Assembly (NCBI GenBank): GCA_904063045.1
Contig: CAJFCJ010000019.1
Coordinates: forward strand, 558,001 to 622,000
Length of the DNA: 64,000 nt
Direction: 5' to 3'
Source: Dimorphilus gyrociliatus
Lineage: Eukaryota; Animalia; Annelida
Shown one piece after another: positions 37,645 through 49,084 of the stretch. Position 1 is the first letter of the stretch. Each line of letters starts with the position of its first letter. A program made the translations under genes and the position numbers. Under the pieces are notes generated by a model. It saw only the letters and a program-made list of their open reading frames with translations. It did not search any database and was not told where the DNA came from.

Positions 37645-38806
37645 ATGGCGCAGATTGGAAATGATGGTAAATAATTTTATCTCACTACGACTTGTATTCA
37701 CTTGGAAATCTATCTTTTATAAATAAAAGTTACTTTACTAAATTACATTCTCAGCTTTCAAAGTATCGTAATCATTAATTTACTTTTTTCGGCCTTTCTA
37801 TTTTATTTGTATTACGAAAGGAAATTTTCAAATAAAGTGTGTTCTTCAGATGATGCGATAAAGAGAAGATTATTTAACGAAGGTGACAGTGGTGCGGATG
37901 AACGACGAATCAATACTTTAATCAGAACTTATGGAAGATGGCTTGATTTAAAACCAGGAGAAGAGAGGTTATATCCAAAGAAATTTTGCTACAAATAGAT
38001 TTATTAAAACTAACCCTATTCTTAGGGATTTATTGTTTGAAAGAATTCTTTGCCAATTAAGTCAATGTCGGAACGCTATGGAAAAAACTCAGCTAGTTCA
38101 CGAAATGAATTTATTGGAGCAGGAAAATTATGAAAACTTAAACTCAGAAATAGGTGTGTATATGTGTATTAATCAAAAAAATTGATACAATTTTCACCGA
38201 GAAATATCACCATTAAACTTTAAAATATCTCTAGAGCAAGCAATTATGTTATCAAAGAAGAATATTGCTGATGCTAAAAAAGATTTACAGTATGCTAGGA
38301 CAATAAGAAGAAATAGACAAGGTTGCAGAAATTAAATTTTTTCAGCTTTTAAAAGTATTAAATGTGATTCTTCATTTAGAATATGATGCCCTAGCTAAAA
38401 TTATAAAAGAGCACCCTGAAAGAAAGACGACTGAAAGGTAAAAAACAGTTGTATATTTATCATGTCAAACATTTCTATTATAATTTTTTTAGCAAAATCT
38501 CCGAATTAAAAGAAGAATTAGGTCAACTAAATGAATCTAGACGGTGTCTAAGAGATAAGGTATATTGACTTTATAATTTTCATTCAACATTTTGAACACT
38601 ACAATATATTTTTCAGTTGGAATTGAGGAAAAAGCAATTGACTGCCATTGTTACAACAATTCACGAAATGCAAAGAACTTTAAGGGGTAAGTTTTTTACT
38701 TATATTGATATCAAATGATGCTATTTATCAAATTTAATCAGAGGAGGAGAATATAGAAGCAAATTCAAAACTAGCTGTAGAGGATGGCGAGATGGACACA
38801 TCTTGA
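37645..38806 (+). CDS. THOC7: THO complex subunit 7, multi-exon
   Basis: MAQIGND|DDAIKRRLFNEGDSGADERRINTLI, EMNLLEQENYE, IRRNRQ|EYDALAKII, LELRKKQL. Confidence 0.93.
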
Positions 38807-39190
38807 ATGGGAAAAAAATATATTTCTTTTCGTTATACTTTTATATACTAAACTACGTTTTATTTTTAATGAGAAAAAAAGGAATACAATTAAAATTACA
38901 AGGCAAGAAACTCTAAGGTAATTTCAGACTATTAGCCAATGCCTAAATTTAGCATTTACCACGCCCAGAGCTTATTTTTTTTTGTTTTTTTTTTTGTAGA
39001 ACACTTAAACAACAAGTATCGTAAAAATATGTTGTTAGATGTTGATTTTAATTTATAAGGCATCATTTTTAAGGATATTGAAATATATTTGTTTCGGATG
39101 TAGAAGCATTAGGTTTAATGTAGATGAGACTATATACGGCATGCAACATTAATACTAACTTTCCATTAGTTTTCGAATTAATTCTACGTA

Positions 39191-39796
39191 TTACTTGTGA
39201 CGACAAACAATAATGGGAACAGGAGAATGGTTAACGACATAGTCGGAGACAGATCCCATTAAAGTACGTCTCAATTTTCCTTGCCCACGGGTTCCCATCA
39301 CTATAAAGTCTGCCTCAAATTTATGAGCACTTGAGACTATACTTTCGCCAGGATTTTCGAATTCTTGAATAAATTCAGCATTTGTTACCTAGAAAAGTCA
39401 TTGCGTGTGTTCAGTTAATCATCATTTCCGATAGCTATATAATTCTTTACAAATTTAGATAAATGTATTTAATATAATTGGAGAGAGGTAGTAATGCTAT
39501 TTACATTGTGCTTCTCTAATTTTTCCTGATACTTTTTCGCAAGATCTTCTGCTTTTTGTCGTCCTGCACGAGTTTGAGCTTCCCATGTGTCCCTACTTGG
39601 CATCGAAGGATATTCGATGCAATGAATTAAAAATAACTTCGTAGTCGGTCTGTGCAAATGGCTTAAATACCCTGTTTTGAATTGTATATAACTTATGAGC
39701 ATAATGCTAATAATTATACAAACACTCAGTGGCTTCCTCTGCATTAGAGCTTCCATCCACAGCAATAATACCAACATCTCCTTTTTGAGCAGCCAT
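39191..39796 (-). CDS. Universal stress protein (USP domain), three exons
   Basis: IIAVDGSSNAEEA, LFLIHC, PGESIV..ADFIVMGTRGQGKLRRTLMGSVSDYVVNHSPVPIIVC. Confidence 0.92.
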
Positions 39797-40335
39797 TTAG
39801 AACAATAAGGACAAAATCTGTCAATTTAATTAATTGGATTTAAATTTTTATCAATAAAACGACAAGAATTTGAAGAGGGGTACTGAATAATGAACATTAA
39901 AAAATATCCGTTTGACTGAAAGCTCACCAAAAATAATTGAAAAGATAAAAAAACATATATTACATTCGTTATATCACCCACAAAAAGATAATATTACAGC
40001 TTTATTCACTCTGAATATGTTTGTAGACAGCAACGAACTTGAAGTGTGTCAGAGAAATGGCGAATGTTTCGTGATATTACTTGCTCCCCCTTTTTATTTT
40101 CTCCACCAGTCTTAATACAGAACAGGGTTCCAGGTGACGGAGTTGGGAGCAATATCAACCTTGTTTGTCTAATTTCGAAGCTAATAGTAATATTTTTAGA
40201 TTTTATTTCAAGAGAAAATTTGCAGTAAAATTATACATTGAAAGTGCATGAATTAAAATATGAACGTTTCTCAAACTTTAGCAGTCTTCCCGTAAATAAA
40301 TTCAAATTTGCTCGTAACGTAGGAAAAAGATAGAC

Positions 40336-43300
40336 CTAATTGTCGTCAGCAGGCATATCATTAAAAGTCTTGAAAATTTCCTCTTCGTCGATATCATCTT
40401 CGTCCATTTCATTATCATTTTTAGAGCTTACATTACTACTTCCTTTTCCATCATTTAAATTATCACGTTTACTGTTTTCGTTTTGTTCGTTCGATATCTG
40501 ACTGTCGTTTGGTATTATTGATTCCGTTTTAAGACGATCCGTGTTGTGGCATTTTTCTTCTTCATTTATAGTGTCACTTGTCTCAAACTTTAGGCCAACC
40601 ACATATTTACTATTGTTAGTTAATGGCTTGGAATCATCAGTTGTACTTATTTCTGCTTCGGATGGGCTACTACCTAATATAAAAACAACTCCTTTCTCAG
40701 CTGAATTGCTCTGGCTAAAAGTCGAAGCACTTGGAAATGAAGTATTAACGATTTCGCAATATTCGTTTTCTTGTACACTCTCACTATCGTATTCATTTTC
40801 ACTTTTATTCTCTTCTGTCTCGTTATCCCCAAATTGTATTTTAGTAACAACTTTAGATTCCCCATAATCCAGAGAATGTTTAGCTGCTTCAGAACTTTCC
40901 ATAAGTACTTCATTATTTCCGTTTTCTTCAGTTCCGTATTCACTTTTGTTTGTCTCTGCTTCAATAATATTTTGTGAGCTATTACCATCAGCTTTCATGT
41001 CAGAGAATTCATGATTATTTTCTGTAATTACAGCAATATCTTCGTCTATTGAAGTGTAGTCTAATTTCTTTTTCTTCGAGCAAACGTCTTCTAACGTTCT
41101 AATTCTCTTACGATTGTTTTTAGCCTTCATTTTTTCCTCAAATTCTAGAATAAACGTCTGTATATCGAATGAGAATGCAGACCAGTTTTTGTATTTTTCC
41201 ATTGTTTTAATATCCTCCTAGAATATAAATATGCTTTATCGAAAAACACGTAAATAAAGAATACTACTATATACCGATATTTTATTAAGAGTTTCTTTAT
41301 TTTCTGGTGAACCATTTATTAATATGTTGAGAAGAGAATCTTTCGCATCATGTAATATCTTCTTGCAGAGTGTAGCTAAAATAGTTAGCCTTTCTTCTTC
41401 ACCATCTACGTGTTTAACAAAAATATATTGAAGATACAATAGTATTTGATAAAATACAATAATGAATATGCCTTATAGAATTTCTAATAAGGAAGAGCTA
41501 ACCTTCTGTAACATACTGAAATATTATATTTAAAAATGTCCAATAGTCTATTGCATTTGAGGAAAATGAATCGCATAATATTTTTTCGATACATTCAAAC
41601 ATATTGACAGCTTTTTCAGTTTCTGCCATCTCATCCAATCCCAATGTTACGTAGAACTTAACTAAGACTGATATCCATTGGTAAAGTATAGTTTGATCTA
41701 ATGGTTTTGCTTGACTAGTGGAAATAAGACTTGAGAGTGCTTGGAATATTGATAGAACGGAGTTGATGGGTAGAACATTAAACTTTTCCTTTAAAATAGA
41801 AGAAATAATACATAAATATCTAGTAGATATGCCTATCATATTATATTTAGGCTTTAATCTATCTAATATTCTTTATAATTATGAAATTAGAAATAAAATT
41901 TACCAAAATTAAATGGAGTTTCTTTCGCAAGATGAAATGAAGTTGAGGAAAGATAAAAAAGTGACGCATTGTGTGGAATAGTTCCTGAATTTATATTTTA
42001 AAAAAATTAATAAATTAAATTTAAAATATTCAACCTATTTAGAAATTTTATACACGTCGTATTTAAACTAAAAGACAAACCTGAAAGTCAGTCAATTGTG
42101 AATCTCCGTTGAAATCTTCTGGTGTTATTCTAATGCTTTTTTCCTTTGATACTGGTAAAATTTTTGAAGGTTGTAATTTCTGAATATACGAAGGAGAGTA
42201 ACCTAAATTTTGAATAATAAGCTTCAAAAGGAGCATACATTTATACATTAATTGCCTTACCAATAACTAATCTATCAAATGTTGTAAAAACATCCGACAG
42301 AGCTGATAAATTTCTTTTCATTCTTGATAGGCTAGTGGGAGAGAATTGAGAATAAATATTCATTCGAAAAAGTTTGCCTTTTAACACTCTCACCGAAGGC
42401 AAATATTGTCCATTGCCCTGATAGTTGTCTCCATATCTAAATTACATTCATTCCGAGCGATAGAAATAGGTTGTAAAATTTTCAGTTCAATAGATGGAAC
42501 AATTAAATAGAGGTCGGTCAGCTTGTTTTTCTCCGGAAACTCTTTCTCACATAATAAAGAAAAAGTTTCTATAATATTTATTTCAAGAGAGCTAAGGGCT
42601 GATTCTCTTCCTCTAATGCCCGCTTCATATAGGCATTCGATTAGAAGACGAATTTCATCAGAAGAAAATTTTTTATAACTTATCATCTTGGGTGGAATAG
42701 ACGAAATCCACGAGTTAGCGGGAGGCAAACTATAAATTGAGTCAAATTAGTTGTTGCAAAGAAATTTATCAAATCTATTTGATTGTCATTTTGTATAATA
42801 TCTTACTCAAGTAGATGACGGTATTCAAATGAGAAAAGTAGTATCCTTAAAAATTTTATAATGTATGTGCTTTCTGCAGTTTGACATTTCGTATTATTGG
42901 AAAAAATTATAGCCAAATCTAATAGCTCAGCTTGGTTTTCTTTAAAAAAAAAAGGAAATATTGTATTTCTAAAGCATACATTGTTAAATAATTTACCGCG
43001 ATCACTAGTTCCGCTCATTAATCGCCAAACGACAATTATAAACCGTCGAACGTGCTTTAAAATTAAGTTACCCCGTTTGGCAAGTTTATTAAAGAAAGGT
43101 GAAAATTTCTCCATCCATCTTTCATCCTAAAAAATATTTTTTTCTAGTTATTAATTTATATCAAGATCCATTTTTTTCTATCTTACCATTTCTTTTTGTG
43201 AGGAAACAAAATGAGAATATATTTCGCAAATTCTTAAATTCATTGACAGAATATGTAGTGGCTGTGTAAAGCAAAAGGAGATATTTTAAAAAGTTCTGAT

Positions 43301-44793
43301 GTTATTAGACGTAAACTCAACTGTAATGGTAGATTTTTCATCTTTGTTTTTTTTTTGAGAAATTCTTTGTAGTGAATATGGGAATCCAACGAAGCACTTA
43401 GTAAACAAGGTCTCCATAAACTTTTGTTTCAGATTTACTATCTGTTGGTATAAAAATTAATTATGTTTAAATTCAGAGCCGTTACATAAATATTAGATAA
43501 GTGGAATATCTATTGTAATAGGTAACTTACTGTTGATTTCGACTTTTCTTCGTTGAAAGTCTCATTTTTTTCTGTACTATTACAAATATTTAGAATACTA
43601 CATAGAATTCGAGAGATATTATTCAAAGGTTCAGCAATATCCGGTGAAAGGTTTGAACCCCCTTCTTCAAGTGGCAAGTATTCCATCCACAAATCAATTA
43701 AGAGCGAGAATAGAGTTGTTGCAAATTTATTGAACTCATTCTTTTTCTTCTCAAGACTAATACCCTGTTTTCTCATGGAAAATTTTAATTTGGCCTTTTG
43801 TGCTTCATTTCCAAACAAAAATTTATCCATCTCTGTGTCATAGCTTGCGTGAAAATCTTGATCGAGCGTGGATAAGAAAACTTGAAGTCTTGATATGATT
43901 TCTGATCGGTATTTATGTTTAGATAGTCTGCTAGTAGGATTTGTTAGTAAAGTTCGATTGCTGCCTGACTGCTTTGAAATAAGCTCAAGAAAGTTTTTTA
44001 ATATTTCGTGAGAATCGTCGGTTGTTAGAGTTGGATAATATTTTAATAAAATATCTAAAATGTAAAGGGATGAAATCTGTATGTCTTCATCAAGTTTTGT
44101 CATTGCAGAACACAAGTGAGCTGATATTTGAGGGAAGAAGGGTTCAATTCTCTCTTTTCCAATGTTTTCACAAATAAAGGAAAAAAATTTACGGACAGAT
44201 TTTCTAACGTTGACATCACGATTATAGAATAAGGGAGAGGTATATTCAATGATACTGGGCAGTTCCTGAGTTATTAACGATGGATTGGTTGAAAAAAATT
44301 CATTCAAACCGATGACTGCATCCTTACAGAGGCTTGAATTTACATTCCTTGTCCGAGTAAATAGTTCCTATAAGATAAAGTATTGTCAGTTGCAAAATTT
44401 AAAATCAATATGATTGCTCTTTTCGCTAACTTCGCAATATATATTGAAGACTTTTTAACGGTTTATACGAAAATAGTTTTGAATTTACGGTTTTAAATTC
44501 AAAATAAATATATATATTGATAAAATCAATCTTAACCAATAAGACAAAAAACAATGTATATGCTGTTTGTAAAGCTATACATAATATACATGATATACAA
44601 GTACCTGCAACGATTGGTTTTTTCTTGTTACAAGTTCCCCTTCCTTGTGAGTGTTTAATGATCGTATTTCAATACTCTTCGTTTTAAAAGTTGCTACAGT
44701 TTCATTTTGTCCTTTAGAAACTTTTCTGCCAACTTTTATCTTTACTTTTTGAAAGTCTTTATGCTTATTTTTCGACTTTTTACTCTTCGGCAT
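40336..44793 (-). CDS. TEX10: TEX10/Ipi1-like pre-rRNA processing protein, multi-exon, long acidic last exon
   Basis: MPKSKK..DFQKVKIKVGRK..NETVATFKTKSI; IEPFFPQISAHLCSAMT..DIQISSLYILDILL; MNLRICEI. Joining of the 3' exons into this gene is inferred. Confidence 0.82.
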
Positions 44794-45201
44794 TGCGATA
44801 GCATGCGAACTTAATATCGCTCAAAAGTCCTAGACCTTGTATATCGTATCGTTTAGTTCTTTGTATCGTGAGCGAAAGAGATCGATTATATTCGATATAA
44901 ATGTAAACTTTTTTCACTAAAATAATAAGCAAAAAACAATCTTATATCTTATCCAATTTTTTAGATTTCTTTAGAACCAATTAACCTTATTTTTTATGTT
45001 TAACTTTGACCACAATTTAAACTCTTATAATTCGAAATTAGAACTAGATGAACTTTTTAAATAAGAGTGTATGATTCAATAGAATAGCGGTAAACAATTT
45101 AATTGATTCAATTTTATTTATATTTTTGCAGCATTTCATAGAATTAAAAAAATTGCTTGGATCATTGAATATGTATATATGATTTATTTAAACACATCTC
45201 G

Positions 45202-48160
45202 CTATTCATGCCAACTTATATACGAATCGTTTAATATATTGATCAAGAATCCAGTGATTTTCAATACCTAAAGAATAGAAAGAAAGATTTAGTGTTATTT
45301 TCCCATGTCTTTTTGTATGGTACTATCAAAATAATAATAATAATATACTACCTTAAGCTTGGAGTTGTAAGAGGCTTCAACCCTTTTATCGTTTACTACT
45401 GCATAACTGACTTTCTGAGTCACTCCATAAACGGTCACTTGATTGAGCTGAACGCCAATTGATGGCTGGAAACCCTTTATGTCAGCACTAACGAGCAATT
45501 TATTCTGTTGCGGTAACATTTATTATAATAAAACAAAAATTACGAGAAAGTGCTTCCTTACGGACCTGTTTAACGGTGAAAGAGAAGTGGGAATACTGTT
45601 TATAATCAAAAGCATCTGGAAAACAAAACTCTTTCTTATACAATATAAAATGTAAAGCCACGATATTTTACTTAAACTATCTCCGTCGTCCCACATCAGT
45701 TCACCCCTCGCAACTCCACTTAGAGACGAAGTTACTAGAAGCTTGAAAGGCTTGGTTTGTTGCTCGGTGGTATGTTTAACATTACCAGGAAGCATTGGGA
45801 TTACATGGCCACCTGCTACATGCAATTTTATGTCATCTATATTTGTTTCATTCCGCCAGCCTGCTTTTATGCTTTCTCCAGTGTAGAAATCATACCAATT
45901 TACCTCTTGAGGAAGGTACATTTTTAGTGAAGTTGCGCCTTTTTCCAAAACTGGGCTTATTAGTAAAGATTCACCCCACATGAATTGTTCATCGATATTG
46001 TAAGTTATTGAGTCATTAGGGAAACTGCAAACGAATTTATTTTTAAATTTGGCACTGGCAAAGATCAGTAAAATTCCGAAAGGTACCAGCAATACTGGCT
46101 TTCATTATAATAAAAACTTACTTAACTACTAGGGGTGTAGCGACTGTGCGACCTTCTGCCCGGCTCCTAAAGAATAGAGAATAAAGATAGGGGAGGAGAG
46201 AATAACGGGTTTGTAAAGCAAATTTAATTTTTTGTTTAGCAGTCGGTGAAAAAGCGGCTGGATCCTGATCTTTATTGTAATAACTGTTGTGGTTTCTTGA
46301 AAAAGGGTAAAATGCGCCTAATTGACTCCATCTTACGCACAATTCCTCAGTTGTATTACCATTGAAACCGCAGATGTCAGACCCAATCATTGGAACTCCA
46401 AACAATTGAAAATTTAGAACAGTTGGTATTGTGTATTTCATATCAAACCAGGTAGAACTCACATCTCCAGTCCAATGGCCTCCGTATTGACCAGCGCCAG
46501 CAAAAGTTGATCGAGAGATAATAAAAGGCCGTTTCTGTCTGATTTCCTTTAAAACTTCATTCGTGACCTTCATTTCACTTATGCCATAGAGATTATGCAC
46601 GTCGTAGTGTCTATAGCCGTAGTGTCTGGCTGAAGGGCAAATTGTTTTTGATAATAGGCTAGAACCAAGAATGTTAGGTGTGTAAGGAGGGTTATTCCAT
46701 TTATTCTTAGAGCATGGGGGAACGGATCCATCTACAAAGTTGGATGGTTCATTCATGTCAATCCATAGTCCATCAAAAGATAATGTTTGATGGAAACTTT
46801 TTGCAGATTCCATCCAATATTGTGTAGCATTTGGGTGGAAAAAATCTGGAAAAGCAGTTAAACCTGGCCATACCTTTCCAATAAGGGGTTTGTCATCGTC
46901 ATTTTTCACGAAGACATTCATCTTCAATCCATTATCATATGGAGGATAAGAGCCTGAAGGTTGAGTACTACTTATTCCAGGATCAACAATAATCATATAT
47001 TTTTGATTATTGTCATGCAAATCTTTAACAATTGAAGGCAGTTCCTTAAAGTTTTTTGCGTCATACGTCCAGTCTAAATTGTTTTGCGCATATTCAATAT
47101 CGTTCCATTGAACATCATAAGGAATACCAAGAGCACGGTTTCGACTGATAATTTCTTTCATTTTAGAATCCGACTTATAGCCCCATCGGCAAAGATGATA
47201 GCCGAGAGACCAGTATGGAGGCAGAAAAGTTCTACCAATCAAATTATGATAATCACTAATAACTTGATCAGGCCGAGGTCCTGTGAAAACATAGAAATCT
47301 AAGATACCACCAATGGTTCGAAATGTAAGGGCAGGTGTTGGTTGCAAATCTACATCCATAGCATTGCTATTCAGCAAGAAAACGCCAAAAAAGTTTGATT
47401 TCTTTCCTTTTCCCAAATAGAAAGGGTGAACTCCGTATAAGTTTGTACCAACCGTAGGAGGTTCGTCTCTTGTCCAAAAGCCAAATCGTTGACGGCCCTC
47501 ATTAGCATTTTTTAAGAATTTTGATTCGTGTTCTCCTAGTCCATATATAACTTCAGATGGTAAACGGGTGGAAATTTGAACAAACTGGTCGGAATAGATA
47601 AGAGGAGCTTGACCTATTGTAGTATCGAATAGCACCTCGGAGTCACTCTTACGAATAACCCGTATACCAAACGGGGATTTGGAGATGGAAACATTATAAT
47701 GAGTATTTGAACTTTCGCTTTTAGTATGATATAAATCGACTGGAACTTCGAACCTACTTGTGAAATCAGCTATTTTTATGCGCAGACGAGTAGCACTCTC
47801 CATGAAAATATCGACATGTATTCGAAGAGAATCATTGGGCCAACCTGACGAAGTTTGACGTACAGCTGTACAGGACATTGTTGTTTCCGAAGTCCAACAT
47901 TTCTCCAAAACGTACCCAACATAATTAGATGGAAAGAAACAGATAGGAGTATCTACGACTCTTGATTTCTCAACAGGCTGGAAAGAGCAGCGTCTTAGCA
48001 TGCAGTTATATTGTATTTGACTAAAGCTTCCAGGATCAGGATGACAGTCAAATTTGTCTTTATTTTCCAATTTGATGTCAAATTCCGCAGATGGAACAAT
48101 AGTGTTTATAAACCAAACTGCAAATATACTGAGTTCTAGATATGTTCGCACAATTTTCAT
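45202..48160 (-). CDS. GAA: Lysosomal alpha-glucosidase-like (GH31, N-terminal trefoil-like domain); 2-kb first coding exon
   Basis: GTNLYGVHPFYL, WSLGYHLCRWGY, GIPYDVQWNDIEY, DGLWIDMNEPSNF nucleophile, GHWTGDV, WSQLGAFYPFSRNHN, QFMWGESLLISPVL. Confidence 0.93.
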
Positions 48161-48638
48161 TTTGCGAAAAAAATTAAGATCTCTTATATTTTAATTATTG
48201 ATATCTTCACGCTCCCTAATTCTCGAACTAAATGCCACATAGAATTTAATAAAAAGCAACAAATCTTAAAAAGCCTATATTACAAGACACTGCGTCTTTT
48301 AGAACTAAATTCGATTGTTAGAACACTAAAAAGTTTTTTATACATAATTAAATCATTCTTTTGTCATTTAATTTTTCTTTTATATTATCTCAAAGTTTTA
48401 AAATGAACATTTTAGATAGCTCTTAGCAGATGCTTTGTCATTGTACAAAAGCAAGCCTGTAAACTTCAAAGTTAAAAATGAGGACTTAATCTTTCTATAA
48501 TATTCCAACTGCCTACCAAAATGCACAGAATAATAACTATGTAAGTAGGAAATAATACTAGAAACTAAATATAATATTTTTGAGATCTAATTGCGTTTAA
48601 GAATAACCAGTTTTAAATATTAGAACCAGATTATTACA

Positions 48639-48668
48639 TCACATGACTATTAAAAGTTTTCACGTGAC
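48639..48668. promoter_or_regulatory. Paired CLEAR/M-box-like elements TCACATGAC (48639-48647) and TCACGTGAC (48660-48668) between divergent GAA and GRN
   Basis: Motifs read directly near the middle of the ~920-bp interval between the two start codons; function inferred. Confidence 0.55.
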
Positions 48669-49084
48669 CAAATGGTCATATTTTCAGTCTTTGAAAATTT
48701 CGCAAAAATTTCTTTTTGTTTAGGACTTCTTCTCCAATAAGGTATAGTTTATAACATTTAATGTGTTTTTTAGATGCGACAATTTTAAATTAGGTTGCTA
48801 AATTAATAATTATATATTTAAGATGTATATCCTAATTTAGAAATTGCCAAAGTTTTAAATTTCATTAATACTATTAGGTAATCAATAGATATAAGATCCC
48901 TAATTCTCTCATGTTTTTGAAAGAGATTCTATTTTTACTACTAGAGGAATGATAGTAACTGCAGACTGCAGCCAGAAATAGTGTACAGTTTGTGTAAACC
49001 GCTGTTATTGAGCCTAGATTCTTTAGTAGTCATCAGATGCCGTGATTAGTAAAAAAAAAAGAATAATAAATGTGTTTTAAGCAG

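Noticed and set aside
40541-40988. Several overlapping ORFs within the TEX10 last exon
   Set aside because: Alternative-frame or antisense by-products of low-complexity sequence
33267-44793. SR, PTBP, THOC7 and TEX10 as an operon or trans-spliced cluster
   Set aside because: Mixed orientations, separate promoter-like gaps, and no evidence for polycistronic transcription in the sequence
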